Below are positions 49,460-61,540 of a stretch of 64,000 nucleotides of DNA, one piece after another. The stretch's first letter is position 1. Each line of letters opens with the position of its first letter. The translations under genes were made by a program, and so were the position numbers. The notes below the pieces were generated by a model. The model was not told the DNA's origin. It worked only from the letters and a program-made list of their open reading frames with translations, and made no database searches. The stretch is from Monocercomonoides exilis PA203 (lineage: Eukaryota; Protista; Preaxostyla). The DNA is taken from contig LSRY02000001.1 in assembly GCA_001643675.2 (NCBI GenBank), forward strand, positions 1,674,001 to 1,738,000. The letters run 5' to 3'.

Positions 49460-49496
49460 TACAGTAAATTTGTGATTTGATTAAATAATTTCTCCA
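49460..49496. promoter_or_regulatory. 37-bp spacer between divergent start codons (putative bidirectional promoter/overlapping 5' UTRs)
   Basis: ACSL ATG at 49459 (-) and PP2A ATG at 49497 (+). Spacer TACAGTAAATTTGTGATTTGATTAAATAATTTCTCCA. Confidence 0.6.
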
Positions 49497-50946
49497 ATGG
49501 ATACGAGGACACTTGATAAGTGGATAGAACAACTTTCTAATGCAAAGATTTTATCTGAAATGGAAGTTAAAGCTTTAATCTCAAAGGTTTTTATTCAGTT
49601 TATATTTAAACTTTTTTCAATATTTACATCATTTTAAAGGCAAGAGAAATATTATCAGCAGAACCCAACGTTGTTTCTGTTCCTGCACCATGCACAATTG
49701 TTGGCGATATTCACGGTCAATTTTATGATCTTTTGGAGATGTTTCGAATTGGAGGAAAATGTCCTGAAATAAATTATCTCTTTCTTGGTGATTACGTTGA
49801 CAGAGGATATCATAGTGTTGAAGTTGTTTCTCTAATTTTAACTCTTAAAGTGAGATATCCACAGAGAATTACAATGCTCCGCGGAAATCATGAAAGTCGC
49901 CAAATAACTCAAATGTTTGTATTTCTTTTTGATAAGGTTTTTACGGTGATTTTTTTGGAAATAGATATGGATTTTATGATGAGTGCGTAAAGAAGTACGG
50001 TTCACCAGAGATTTGGACGTGTTTCACTGATTTATTTGATTATTTACCAATTGGAGCGGTCGTTGAACAATCTGTTTGTAAATTCAATTTATTTTTCTTA
50101 AACAATAAGCTCACATAATCTTAACATTTCAAATTTTTAAAATAGATTTTGGGTATTCATGGGGGATTATCTCCTGCAATAACATCAATCGATGATATTC
50201 AGAAGCTTGATCGAGTTCAAGAAATTCCTCATGAAGGACCTATGGCGGATTTGCTGTGGTCCGATCCAGATGAGGTGGATGGATTTCAAGCAAGGTTGGA
50301 GATTTTTTTTACTTGATTTTCTTTAACATGCTTGCGTTTTTCTATGTGATATCATATCGTATAAATATTTCCTTTTGAAATCGCTGTTATTTAAACACAA
50401 ATAGTCCTCGAGGAGCAGGATGGGTTTTTGGAGGCGAGCCTTCATACAAGTTTTTGGAAGGAAACAAGCTTAAAATGCTTGTTCGAGCGCATCAATTGGT
50501 GAACGAAGGCTACAGTGAAAGTCATAAAAAGAAAGTCATAACGCTGTTTTCTGCACCAAATTATTGTTACAGATGCGCAAATAAAGGAGCAATTATGGAG
50601 ATTGACGAGCATCTACAAGAAATTATGTTTGTTTATTTTTTTAAGTATTAAGTTTAAAAGTTTACTGTTATGCATTTATGAACATGCAATTGTATTATTT
50701 CTTAATTAATTAATTTTTTCATTTTATTTTTGAACTATAATTTTCAAAAACTTTTAATTTTGAATTTCTTTCATATGATTCAGAAAGCAGTTTGAGCCTG
50801 GGCCACGTAGAGGGCTTCCTTATCAGACACGGAGGCCTCCAGACTACATGACTGAAAGCGACGGGATTCCTTCCTCTGCGCTGTATGAAAGAATGAAAGC
50901 TTTATCAAAGATACCAGAGTCGGATTTCAGGAAAGACACGAAATGA
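49497..50946 (+). CDS. PP2A: PP2A-family Ser/Thr phosphatase catalytic subunit with a C-terminal extension
   Basis: Motifs [68 protein letters not shown] and TRRPPDY. Introns at 49587-49639, 49915-49964, 50074-50145, 50295-50404 and 50627-50783. Confidence 0.93.
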
Positions 50947-51692
50947 ATATTGATTTTGAAAGATTTCATTGGATGCTTATTTGGTGTAAATGGATGTACA
51001 TATGCATTTAAAAAAAAAACGTGTGAAAGCTGATTCATCTCATTTCATGTCACGAATAGTTCTAAGTGCAAACTTGATTTCTATGAAGTTACAAAATTCT
51101 TTACACTTCACTTTTCGTTGAGTCATTTGTTCATTAATTTTGTTATGTTTCATTGTATTTCGTTTATTAAAAAAACATGTTTAAATCTTTCATTTAAATT
51201 TTTTCCATTAAAAAATTATTAAAATACGAAACCTTTCAATTTAACTTTGAATAATTAATTGGAGTTGTTATACGCTAAGATAATTACGATAATCATTTTG
51301 TGAACAAGAAGGAATAAAAAATAAATGAAAACTTACGTAGAGCAAAATTACATGAAATTTGTTATTTTCATTGGTGAAACTATAATTTTTTTTTGAATTT
51401 TTGAATTTCAAAACACAGTGGAAAATTCATAAAAACACTTTTCGATATTTTTGAGCTCAGATATTATTCATTCGGTGGGAAATGTGGATATTCCAATTCT
51501 TTTATTCGCAAAGCGCTATTAAATTGTTTCACTGATAACTTTGAACTTCTTTCTCAGATTAAAAAATAAATTGGATTTTCATATGCACACTTTAATTTAA
51601 TTTTAAAAAATAACGCAAGAAGTTTTGATACATTATTTTAATACAAAAAAAAGAATCAGTTTTGTTCATGTGGTGCAAAAAGTTTTTCTTCA

Positions 51693-51940
51693 GGCATTAT
51701 CATTGAAAAATTATGCACTATTCATTTTATTTTTGAAAACAAAAAACATAATAAAAATGTATTTATAATTTGACATTCGTGAAATGTTGGAAAACGTTAT
51801 ATCATGATTTCAACTAAGCCTGTTTACGGATATGAAAATCAAATTTGTCTTGAAATCTGAGAAAGCGAAATAATGTTATGAGCGAAGCAATTTTTCAATG
51901 CCATGTGCAAAAAAAGCTTGAAAGTCCATATTTTCCCCCA
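51693..51940. repeat. Dispersed repeat family C, copy 2
   Basis: Aligns with 6470-6716. A further degenerate end copy lies at ~52650-52738 (TCCATATTTTTCCCCACA). Confidence 0.75.
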
Positions 51941-52196
51941 TGTTATTTGATAACACAAAGTTCATCCACCATTCAAAAATATTCGATGAAAATGCTTGAA
52001 GTTACAAAGTTTTCTCCATCTGTTATATAATTTAACTCAACTGATATTTTCATTGAAAAATCACACATCTAATAAATTCTTTTTGTGATCGATAAATAAT
52101 AATAAAATGTTTTCATTTTTAAAGGCATGTGTCTGGTTACAAAACATTATGAAATAATATCAATGACACCTGTTCGATAATATTAAAATCCAATTG

Positions 52197-52640
52197 CAGT
52201 CTAAACCGGATATAATCACTTCGAATATAATTATATTCGTATATTGTCACATTTTTCCATGCACCGACATTTTTGGCTCATTTTTCATTCATTTTTCATC
52301 ACATATAATCATAGGGCTGAAAATATATAATCACATTTTTTATTATAATGTGTGATTTTTTCAATGAAAAATCGATTTTTTATCAAAAATCTCAATTTTT
52401 CGCTTTTTCAAAATTGTGTTTAAATTAGTTTAACTAACATAATCAATCATTATTTATAACTATTTCAATCGAAAAATGCGTTTTTGTGAAGAATTTCCGA
52501 AAAAAATAGACCCGAAATTAATTATTTATGAAATTAATTTTTATTTTTTTCTATGTTAAGCAGCATCGTATATTATCACTACCAGATATAGTCACAAAAA
52601 GTTGTGCAAAAACCGATGTGATTATATCCGGTTTAGACTG
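52197..52640. mobile_element. MITE family B, copy 2 (444 bp, 23-bp perfect TIRs)
   Basis: CAGTCTAAACCGGATATAATCAC (52197-52219) and its exact reverse complement (52618-52640). Right flank TA, left flank TG. Confidence 0.88.
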
Positions 52641-52996
52641 TAATTTTCGGATCTGAGTAAGTTTCTCTAAATTCTGAGCAAAACAAAGTTTTAATAATTT
52701 GTGCCTAAAAAACGTGAATATCCATATTTTTCCCCACACATTTATTTATAAAGTTTGTGTTATTCTTTTTGAAAAGTGGTATTTGTTTTTTTATTCCCTT
52801 TTCAACTGAACATGAAACTTTATATTAAAAATTTTGGCAACTTTCATATTAAAACTCTTTACGATGTTGGCTGTTTCATATTAACAACAACACTATATTT
52901 TTGTTTTTTTCATTGAAAAAATTGTGGCGAAATGGAAAAAACATATCAAAAAATGATATATACAGAAAAAACTCAGATTAAAAAGTTGCAACAATT

Positions 52997-53033
<37 letters not shown>

Positions 53034-53853
53034 ATTCAATTTTTCCGCTGTTTTTCTTTTCTTCTCATTTTCTTTTTTAACTTAATGTTATTTGATCGTG
53101 AAAGAAGTTGATTATAACTGCTTCTTCTCATTTGTTTCATTATATCATATCATATGGCTGTAATGGAATCAAGAGTTGAATTTTTCTTCTTCTTTTTATT
53201 TTTCTTTTCTTTTTTTTTTTTTTTTTTAGATTTTATTGAAATCTTACGGGTGACAAATTTAGTGATCATTTGTTTTCTTTCACAAATTTCAATGTAAATA
53301 TTTGTTCAATGAAAGGAGTTGATGAATACAAAATCGTCCACATTTTTTCAGTGTTCGCCAAATTTGGTCTATCTCATTCAATGGAAAAAATTGTTTTCAC
53401 AATTATTTGAACATTTCGAAATAAATCAAAAGCGACGAAAAAGAAATTATTACAAAAAATTTCACCCAAAAGCTTGAATTTAGTCAAATAGTTTAAAAAC
53501 GAACTTTAGAAAATATTTAAACTGAATTTTATCAAAGTGAAATAAAACAAATGGATATCATTTTCGTTTTATTTTTTGCTTTTTTCTGAACTGAACATCA
53601 AAAAAATTAATATTAGTTACATAACAATGCATCTTTCAATCAAATGTTTTTTGAATAACATAAATAACCCAAAAAAAATGTTGCTAAAGGGTGTATTATC
53701 TTTAATGAACACAATAAATAAGATTTATAACTCAGAAATTTCATAAAATATTTTAGTGAACCATTCAAAACTTTTCTCTTTATAAAGAAGAATAATAATT
53801 ATTTATAAATAAGAGTATAATTATTATTGATAATCGAGAAGTTTGCGTTCCAT

Positions 53854-56296
53854 CTACGAATCCAAGCACACATCTGCATCCTTCAGCAGCTGCATTCCTC
53901 TTTCCTTCCCTCCTTTCACCATATGCAGAATGTGCTCTGACGTCGGCTCTTCCAACCCCCACTCCGATACAAACGACACCAGCACGTCTTCATACAGCTG
54001 AGAGCTTGCTGTTCTCGCGTCTTTTGGCGCTTTCGTCTGCAGCGCCTGCTCATCAGTCAGCTGGTCAAGCAGAGTTGCCAGGCGCAGGCGATAGTATGCT
54101 GGGCCCGAGCAGTAATCCAACCCGTTGCGGGTGATGGAGTTGGTGTAGTCAATCACAGCCTGACCATGCACCAACAGAGAAAGCGTGGGGTCGGGGATAA
54201 GTCTGTTGAAATGGTGATGAAATAAAAAAAAAAATAATAATAAAGAATTAATAAATAAAAAAAAAAGAATAATTTAACATAAGAATAGGAATATAAATAA
54301 AAATTATAAAAACGCATAGGTTTAATGTAACATCAAAATTAATATGAATTTTCAAAATAATAATAATAATAAAATATTATTTTTCAAAAAAAATGTTTTT
54401 TTTCCAAAGAAGTATATCACAACTACTCATTCAAATATTTAAAAAAAATTCTTTTTTAAAAATATTTAATTTCTCATACATTTGATTATTTGCATGCTCA
54501 CTCACAAATTCCATCAGATGCTCATTAAGCCAGGCAGACGTCCAATGCATCGGTGACAGTTCTTTCTGACAAATAGACAGCAGCGTCAGCATCTGATGAT
54601 ACCTCACAACAGCCTCTGCTTCGTCTCTGTCCTCTTCCTCTTCTGCTTCAGTCAGTGCTTCCTTTTCTTCTCCACTGTCCTTTTCCATTTCTTCCCCTGC
54701 TTCTTCCATCTCCTTCTTTCGCATCATCTGCCGCATCTTTTTGCGAATCTCTGCCATCTTCTCAATCGTCTCAGTCACTTTTGGAAGTCCCTCCACTTCA
54801 TCTACCACAGCCTGGAAGTCCTTTCTGAGCTCTCTTTCTTTCTTCGTCAGCTTTCCCCTTCTTCTCCTCTGCTCGTCCTCTTCCCCAAGTGCCTCCTCAT
54901 CATCCACCGGCCCGTATGCTTCGTCAAGGATCTTCGCAATGCGAGTGTCTGGCTTGTGGAGAAGCTTCAGTACGACTTTGCGCAGCGCGCTTTCCTTCTC
55001 AACAACCGGCCTCATCTCTTCTTCAGAGAAACGCTCGTTGCACTCCAAGCAGCGCCACGGCTTCAGAACCCACTCTGCCTTGTCGATGGCTGCACCAGAC
55101 GCCGCGTGGAAGTCGAATGGCGCGTCGATCTCGTCGCCCCAAAACAGACGCGAACTTGCTTTGCCCTTGAGCGTCGGCGAGGCGATGGGAAATGCGACTG
55201 GGGTTGGGATGTTGGGAGATGGGGTGGGCATCAGGATTTCGCCTGCGTCTTCTTTGTGCTCAGACCGAAAGAGGGAAAGCGACGGCTTCGGAAGCCCCAC
55301 GCGGTCCTCGTCTCCGTTTGAGTCAAACATCTCTGGGTGCCGATGGATGAAATGCCATCCTTCGACATCAGAGCGGACAGCAAATGCCTGTGCTCCAGAG
55401 TGGCTGTGAGATGAAGAATGGCACATGTGCCAAGCAGGGCAGGGCAACAACCGCATCATATCGTCTGCTCTGCATCTCGGGCACAAACAGAAAAAGTATT
55501 TGTGCTGAATAAGATCGCCTCGACGTTGCAATGTTGGTCTGAATAGAAGATCATCAGGCTCAATGTAAGAAAATGATAGAATTTCTCCAATTTTTGCCGG
55601 GCGAACGCACCTGTATCTCAGGCCATTAAAAGGCTTATTGCACACCGTATAGCTCATGTTCGGAGAACAAGAATGAGGCACACGAGACGCCACTTCAAAA
55701 ATTGCAGTTCCAAGATCACTTGCTTCGTCTTCTTGAAGTTCCTCGTATGGAACATCGGAATCTTCATTTTCGTTTTCTGTATCGTGTGATTTTCCTTCTT
55801 CGATTTCCCTTTTTTTCGCTTCCTCCTCTGTCTCAGGAAAATAAACATCAAAAGAATGAGAATTTGTATTCCAAATTAACCAAAGATGAATAAGATGCTT
55901 TCCCTCATAAATCATTGGCTCTCTCACAATGTACTTATTCCAGTGCGCAGGATGTTTTTTATATCGCATGGCAAGATATTCATTCAATGGTTTCGCAAAA
56001 CTTGAAAGAGTTTCACGAAAGTTTGGGTAAATATCAAGAGTAGATTCTTCGGGTCCATACATAACGTTATAAATCCAGTCCCGATATTTCTGCTCTGCAA
56101 AGGCATAACCAATCAGAAATACACCGAACATTCGATCAATCTCATAGTTGTCACAAATATCAACATAGTACCTTTCAGGAGGAAAAGAACGGACAAGCGG
56201 CTCTTCAATACAAATTGTATCTCCCTTTTTACACTCCCTCAAAGCAACAGTAGACCTCCCCAAATTTTTGAAATGGATCTCTCCAAAGCAACTCAT
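53854..56296 (-). CDS. SMYD-like SET-domain lysine methyltransferase homologue
   Basis: Split SET domain: GRSTVALRECKKGDTICIEEP, NTNSH, ASRVPHSCSPN, GEILSFSY, then post-SET FFCLCPRC and CP...WRCLEC. Intron 54203-54479 joins the last exon in frame. Confidence 0.88.
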
Positions 56297-56457
56297 TGGC
56301 AAAAATAATTTCTATGGGTCAAACAAAATTTGATTTAGTGCATTCATATTGTAATTTATATTTATAAAACAGGCATTGCCCAAAAAAGAAAATGAATTGT
56401 AATAAAAAGGGACATTCTATATTGTTAAAGAAAGAAATGAGATGATAAGTATCATAT

Positions 56458-57065
56458 TTACCAAACGCCCAGCCCTCCATATCTTCCAATTCCATTCATT
56501 GCTCCCATCCCTCCATATCCGCCATAGCCCCCACCGTTGTAGCCTCCTGCCCCTCCGTATCCTCCTCCTCCGTATCCTCCATATCCACCTTGTCCAAAAT
56601 TGGACGCACCGCCTGTTGAAAGTGATGTAGTTTGAGAGAAAGAGGTTCCGCCAGCTTGCGATCCCCCATATCCACCTCCACCATATCCATTATATCCCCC
56701 TCCTCCATAACCTCCATAACCTCCCATGCCACCTGCTCCGTAACCTCCTCCCATTCCATAATCACCAAAGCCACCCATTCCACCATAGCCTCCATACCCC
56801 ATTCCAGGGCCAAAGCCATAGCCTCCATAAGGTGCGAACATGCCGTAAGGCATTCCGAAACCACATCCATATCCAGGACATCCGCCAAATCCGCAGCAAA
56901 GAGCGTCTATGCACAAAAATGTGCAACATTTTAAAAAACGAACAGAATAAAAGCAAAATCCATTTAAAACAAACTGCAAAGCGGTGCATTTCCGTCTTCA
57001 GATTCGGATTCACATTCTTCAGCAAACACAATTGCTGAAACAAGAAATGAAAAAAGAAAGTTCAT
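56458..57065 (-). CDS. Small secreted Cys-, Gly- and Tyr-rich protein (GGY repeats)
   Basis: Exon 1 MNFLFSFLVSAIVFAEECESESEDGNAPLC is signal-peptide-like. Intron 56907-56974 (GTTTGT...CATAG) joins it in frame to NALCCGFGGCPGYGCG...(GGYGG)n. Confidence 0.82.
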
Positions 57066-57473
57066 GCAAAATTTTTATCTCAAAAGCTTTCTTTTTAAAA
57101 GGGTTGTCGAAAATGTTGGTTTTTCTACAATAAAGTTTTACAGCATGTCAAGTTTTAATCATATTTGATTAAATTTATTGAGGTTATGATCTTCATGTTA
57201 TTTCACAATTTTGAATAAGTTTTGAAAATGACATGAAAATTTTTTATCTTTTCTTCAACCACTCATAAGAAATATTTTCAATAACTCAGAAAGTTTGATT
57301 TTGCTGTCTTTTTTGTTTTTCGAAAAAGACCAAAAAAATATTTGTTCAGGAAAAATTAAAAAATATCAGAAACTATTAAATAACAAAAAAGTTTTGCTTG
57401 AGTATCGAAAATTTATAAATACCACTTGCTTTGAATATTTAAAATGAATAAGAATCTTTTTTTGGTAGTTGTG

Positions 57474-57505
<32 letters not shown>

Positions 57506-57905
57506 ATCTTCCTTTTGTTAAAGTTTATCTTTGATTTAACACATATTAAATTTTAATATTTTTGTTTGTTTATTCATTATTTAGTATTTGCTTAAAGTAT
57601 GAATAAAACTTAAAATAACTTTAATATATAACACGTTTTTTGAAATGAAAAAGAATTACATAAAAGATTTAATCAAAAATTTTTTTCATAAAAATTTCAA
57701 AAACAATAAAAGATTTCTTATTCTTCAACAAATGGATGAAACAAGAAAACAGAATAAAATCTCATTTATGCATTTGCAGTTGTGGGAATTATCTCAAAAA
57801 TTTTAAATAATGTGTAGAAAAAATGTATTTAAAGTTATCAATTCACGAACTCTCAAATGAAAAGTCAAATATGATAAAAGAAATAAACAATGTTTATTAT
57901 AAAAC

Positions 57906-60900
57906 TCAAACGATTTCTTTTAAACGTTGCTGTAGCACCTCTGCATATGCAGCGATAAGTCCACCACGACGAAGCAAACTTTGGATATCATCTTGATGAA
58001 GATGATTCAATAGCATATCCAATGAAGCCTTGTTGTTTGACTTTGAAATGGAGCACAAAACAGCCATTGAAGCAACTGCAAGCTCAACACGAACGCTCCT
58101 AATTCAAGTTAACATGTATGGAAAGTTCAGAACAAGAGAGAGAGAGAGAGAGAAAAAAAGAAATAAATAAAAATTTATAATTTTTTGAATAATATGAAAA
58201 ATTACATCAATTTATAGGAGGAAAATTTTTTAGTAATGTCACATTCGAATAAATTGAAAAATCTTTGAAGCACCAATATTCATTTCCACACACCTGCAAA
58301 GAATACAAAGTTTCGATAGCAGTTCGTCTTTAATGAATTTTTCATGATTTTCTGGCCGGCAAAGAAGAAAACGAAGCTCAGTACACATGCTAATCTTTTC
58401 GCAGATATCTTCCTCATTGAGATCTCTTTCACCTTCCTCAGGCATTTGTGACTGTATCGAAGAAAGTGGTGGATTAGGCGAAGGAAGCGAACTATTTGGA
58501 CTGGTTGAGGATGATTCATTGAATTGAACACTGCTCTTTTCAGCTTCTTCAGGCAACGAAAGAGCATCGATAAATATATTGTACAGCAAAGTGGCATGCT
58601 GACTTGTAGGATTATCACCAGGAAACACAGAAAACGCAAACAGATTTGCTACAACTTTCGCAGCAAGCCTCCAATGCGTTTCTTCCACGGGAAAATGAAT
58701 GAACTCGCTCTGGAACTGCTTCTCTTTTTCTTCTTGTGCCAACGAAAATGATGAAGACTGAAGCAATTGAAACAGAACAAATATTCCTCCTTTCTCCGCA
58801 AAGGTCTTATACAGTGGATGCACATGCTCTTTCGGATCCATTTCGCCATGTTCGACAAACGGTAGCATGTTATTTGGGAAGTGCTTTGATAGTACATGCA
58901 TCATCTCCAATATGCTCACCGCATCTTCTGCTGAAGTGGTTCGAGCGCACAGCATGATTAACAATTCAGCCAGCTCCGCTGGGAAGTATACGCCACTCCC
59001 AAGAATGTGAGGGATGGAGACACAAACAGAATGTAATAAGCTCAGCTCAGCTGAGTGCAATGGAAGGAGCTTTTTGCTTTCGATTCCGAAATAGAATGCT
59101 CGATAAGGAAGCCCATGCTCTTCAACAATGCTCCTCCATTCGAACTGATCTAAATTGTCGATCCAATTCTTTTCAGCTTTCAGAAGCATCTCGAAGAATC
59201 CGCTTTTCAACATTTCTATCTGAAATGGCGGATGCTGCTTCAGAATGGAATTAACAGCACAACAAAGCAATATTATGCATTCTCTCCGCAGCAATCTGTC
59301 CCAAATAGCATTTTCTGGCTGATTTTCTTCGTCAAATTGAGATTCCTTTCCTTCAATGATCTGCAAAGCACAACTTAGCAACTCGAACACAGGCAGGACT
59401 TCCACCGAAGTCCACGAAATTGGCTCAGTGAACCTGCCAATGGATTCTCTTTTCCCTTCCTCGCTCTGCAGCATTCCGTTCCCCTTTGGCTTTGCCTCTT
59501 CTCCGGCTGGCCCAAACACAGCTGACGCAAAAGAGGAGCCCGCACAGACTTGCATCAGCATGCAGAACTCTGATGCTCCAAGAATACAGCACAGCGCATC
59601 CAAATAGCTGCACATGTAACTCAATTCGAAACATTCCCGAAATTTCACAAGCAGCGCACACACAAACTCAGTTAGACTGCGAACGCTTCCAAATGAGAGC
59701 CCTGTCAATATCTGCTTGACAACTGCTTCAATGTTGTTAAAAATATCCAATCCAATTTTCAAGCCAGGAGTCGAATCTTCTTCCTTTTTAATTGGGGATT
59801 GTGCAAATGTCTTCTCCGCTACATTTGTCACTTGCTGCGATGGCTTTGGATTTCCCGTTTGTTTTTGTTCTGAAAGCGATGAATTTTGACTGACCTCTTC
59901 CTTTTGAAGCTTTTGTTGGGACAGCATGCTCTTTATCCAATGCTCTGTGGCTGCCTTTTGATAAGAACCCAAAAAGGACTCTTTGGAATCAGACCAAAGA
60001 TACGGAGACGGCTGTCCAATCGCACTTTTCAGCCCAACGGGGCCTGGCTCTGGCAAATTCGGCTGTTTAGCCTCTGAGAGATGCGATGAAACTAAAGCAG
60101 AGTGATACATCTCTGTCAAACTCTGAGAAAGGAAAGGCCCACTTGAACTGTCTCCAAAATCTTTTTCTGGCTGAGAAGATGAAAAAGTTGTTGATTGTGA
60201 AGCGTGTCTGTATTGCTCGTCTCGAAAAATTGGCTCGTCCCAATTTTTGCTTTTGGTAAACGGTTCCGCAACCTCTTCGTCTTTTGAAGCATCACTAAGC
60301 TTATTCCATCGTCTATTCCTAATAAAATCCAGTTGCTTTTTCATGTCAAGTATGTCGCAAACACTTTCAATGCCCATTTCACCGGCAAGTGGTTGTGACT
60401 CTCCTTCCGTCAGTATTTCAATAAGGACAGAGTTACAAGAGTTGAACAGCGAATCAAATTCAGAATATGTGGAAAAATGGGCAACTGAAAAAGGTTCCCA
60501 TGATGTACAAAAGCGAATAAATTGACCACGCTTAGCACCAATTGCTCTCACGATTTCATAAGCCAAATCTTCGCGCGTGTAAAATGATGAAAGAAGTACT
60601 GTGAAAAACGATTCATCTTCTGAATGATACAATTCCAAAACTTCATTGTCAAGTAATTCAGAATGACGAACACGTATGTCAAAAGCAATTAAATCAGTAT
60701 CAACGGTCCTTTTCCCGTATTTTTCCACAATGCGGCCAACAATTTTTGGTCCACCTCCAACCTCTTTTTGTAAAAAGAACCAATCATCCTCAGAAATTAC
60801 ATCATAATTTAATCCACAGTGATACACTAATTTGACGACATCACAATATAGATGTTTTTAGTAAAAATAGCAAACATTGAGAAGTATAAAAGTAAAAATA

Positions 60901-61096
60901 TGTCCAAAAACACACTTGAATGAATTATTTTTCCTTGATCGTTGAGTAGATATTCGTTCTCGATTTTCCCCAAAGATGTGCGAGTACTAATTAATCTCCC
61001 AAGGAAAACTTCATCAATAGCACAAACATGGTCACAGACATTAAAATGCGAGCATCCAATTTTTGCTCTGATATTCTCCAATCTTTCCTTTTGCAT
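57906..61096 (-). CDS. DUSP-domain protein with a C-terminal ARM-like helical region; no USP catalytic domain seen
   Basis: DUSP-like LGKIENEYLL and NYDVISEDDWFFLQKEVGGGPKIVGRIV. Introns 60827-60915 and 58099-58293 are in frame. The start codon is uncertain. Confidence 0.7.
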
Positions 61097-61540
61097 TTTC
61101 AATTTAAGTTTATAGGTTTGCTCAAAAAGAGTTGTAAAAAAGCAAATATATTTTCTGTTGAAAATATATCACACGAATTAAAGACAATTATAATTTAACA
61201 AAATCAGGCGCCCCTTAACTATTATTGAACTTGAATATTTTGTTGAACGAATTCAAGATATCAATAATTGTTAAAACTTGTTTTTGGAAATGTTTATCTT
61301 TTATTATATTATTGAAAAAAAATTAAAAATAAAAAAAAAATAAAAATAAAAAAAAAAAAATAAAAAATAAAAAAGAAAGAAAGAAAGAAAGAAATAATAA
61401 TAATAACAATAACATTGGGCTCTTTTCTCATAATCAAAGATCTTCTGTATTTTTCGAACCTTCTTTAACAAATTCCAAAAACGAAGATTTTCTCAAATGC
61501 CTCATATAAACAATTTCGAATAGGACTATCTTTTGTTGTG

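Noticed and set aside
56296-56347. Upstream in-frame ATG separated from the SMYD ORF by a TAG (possible readthrough)
   Set aside because: The ATG at 56296 already precedes the SET N-terminal motif. A uORF or a splice acceptor is the simpler explanation.
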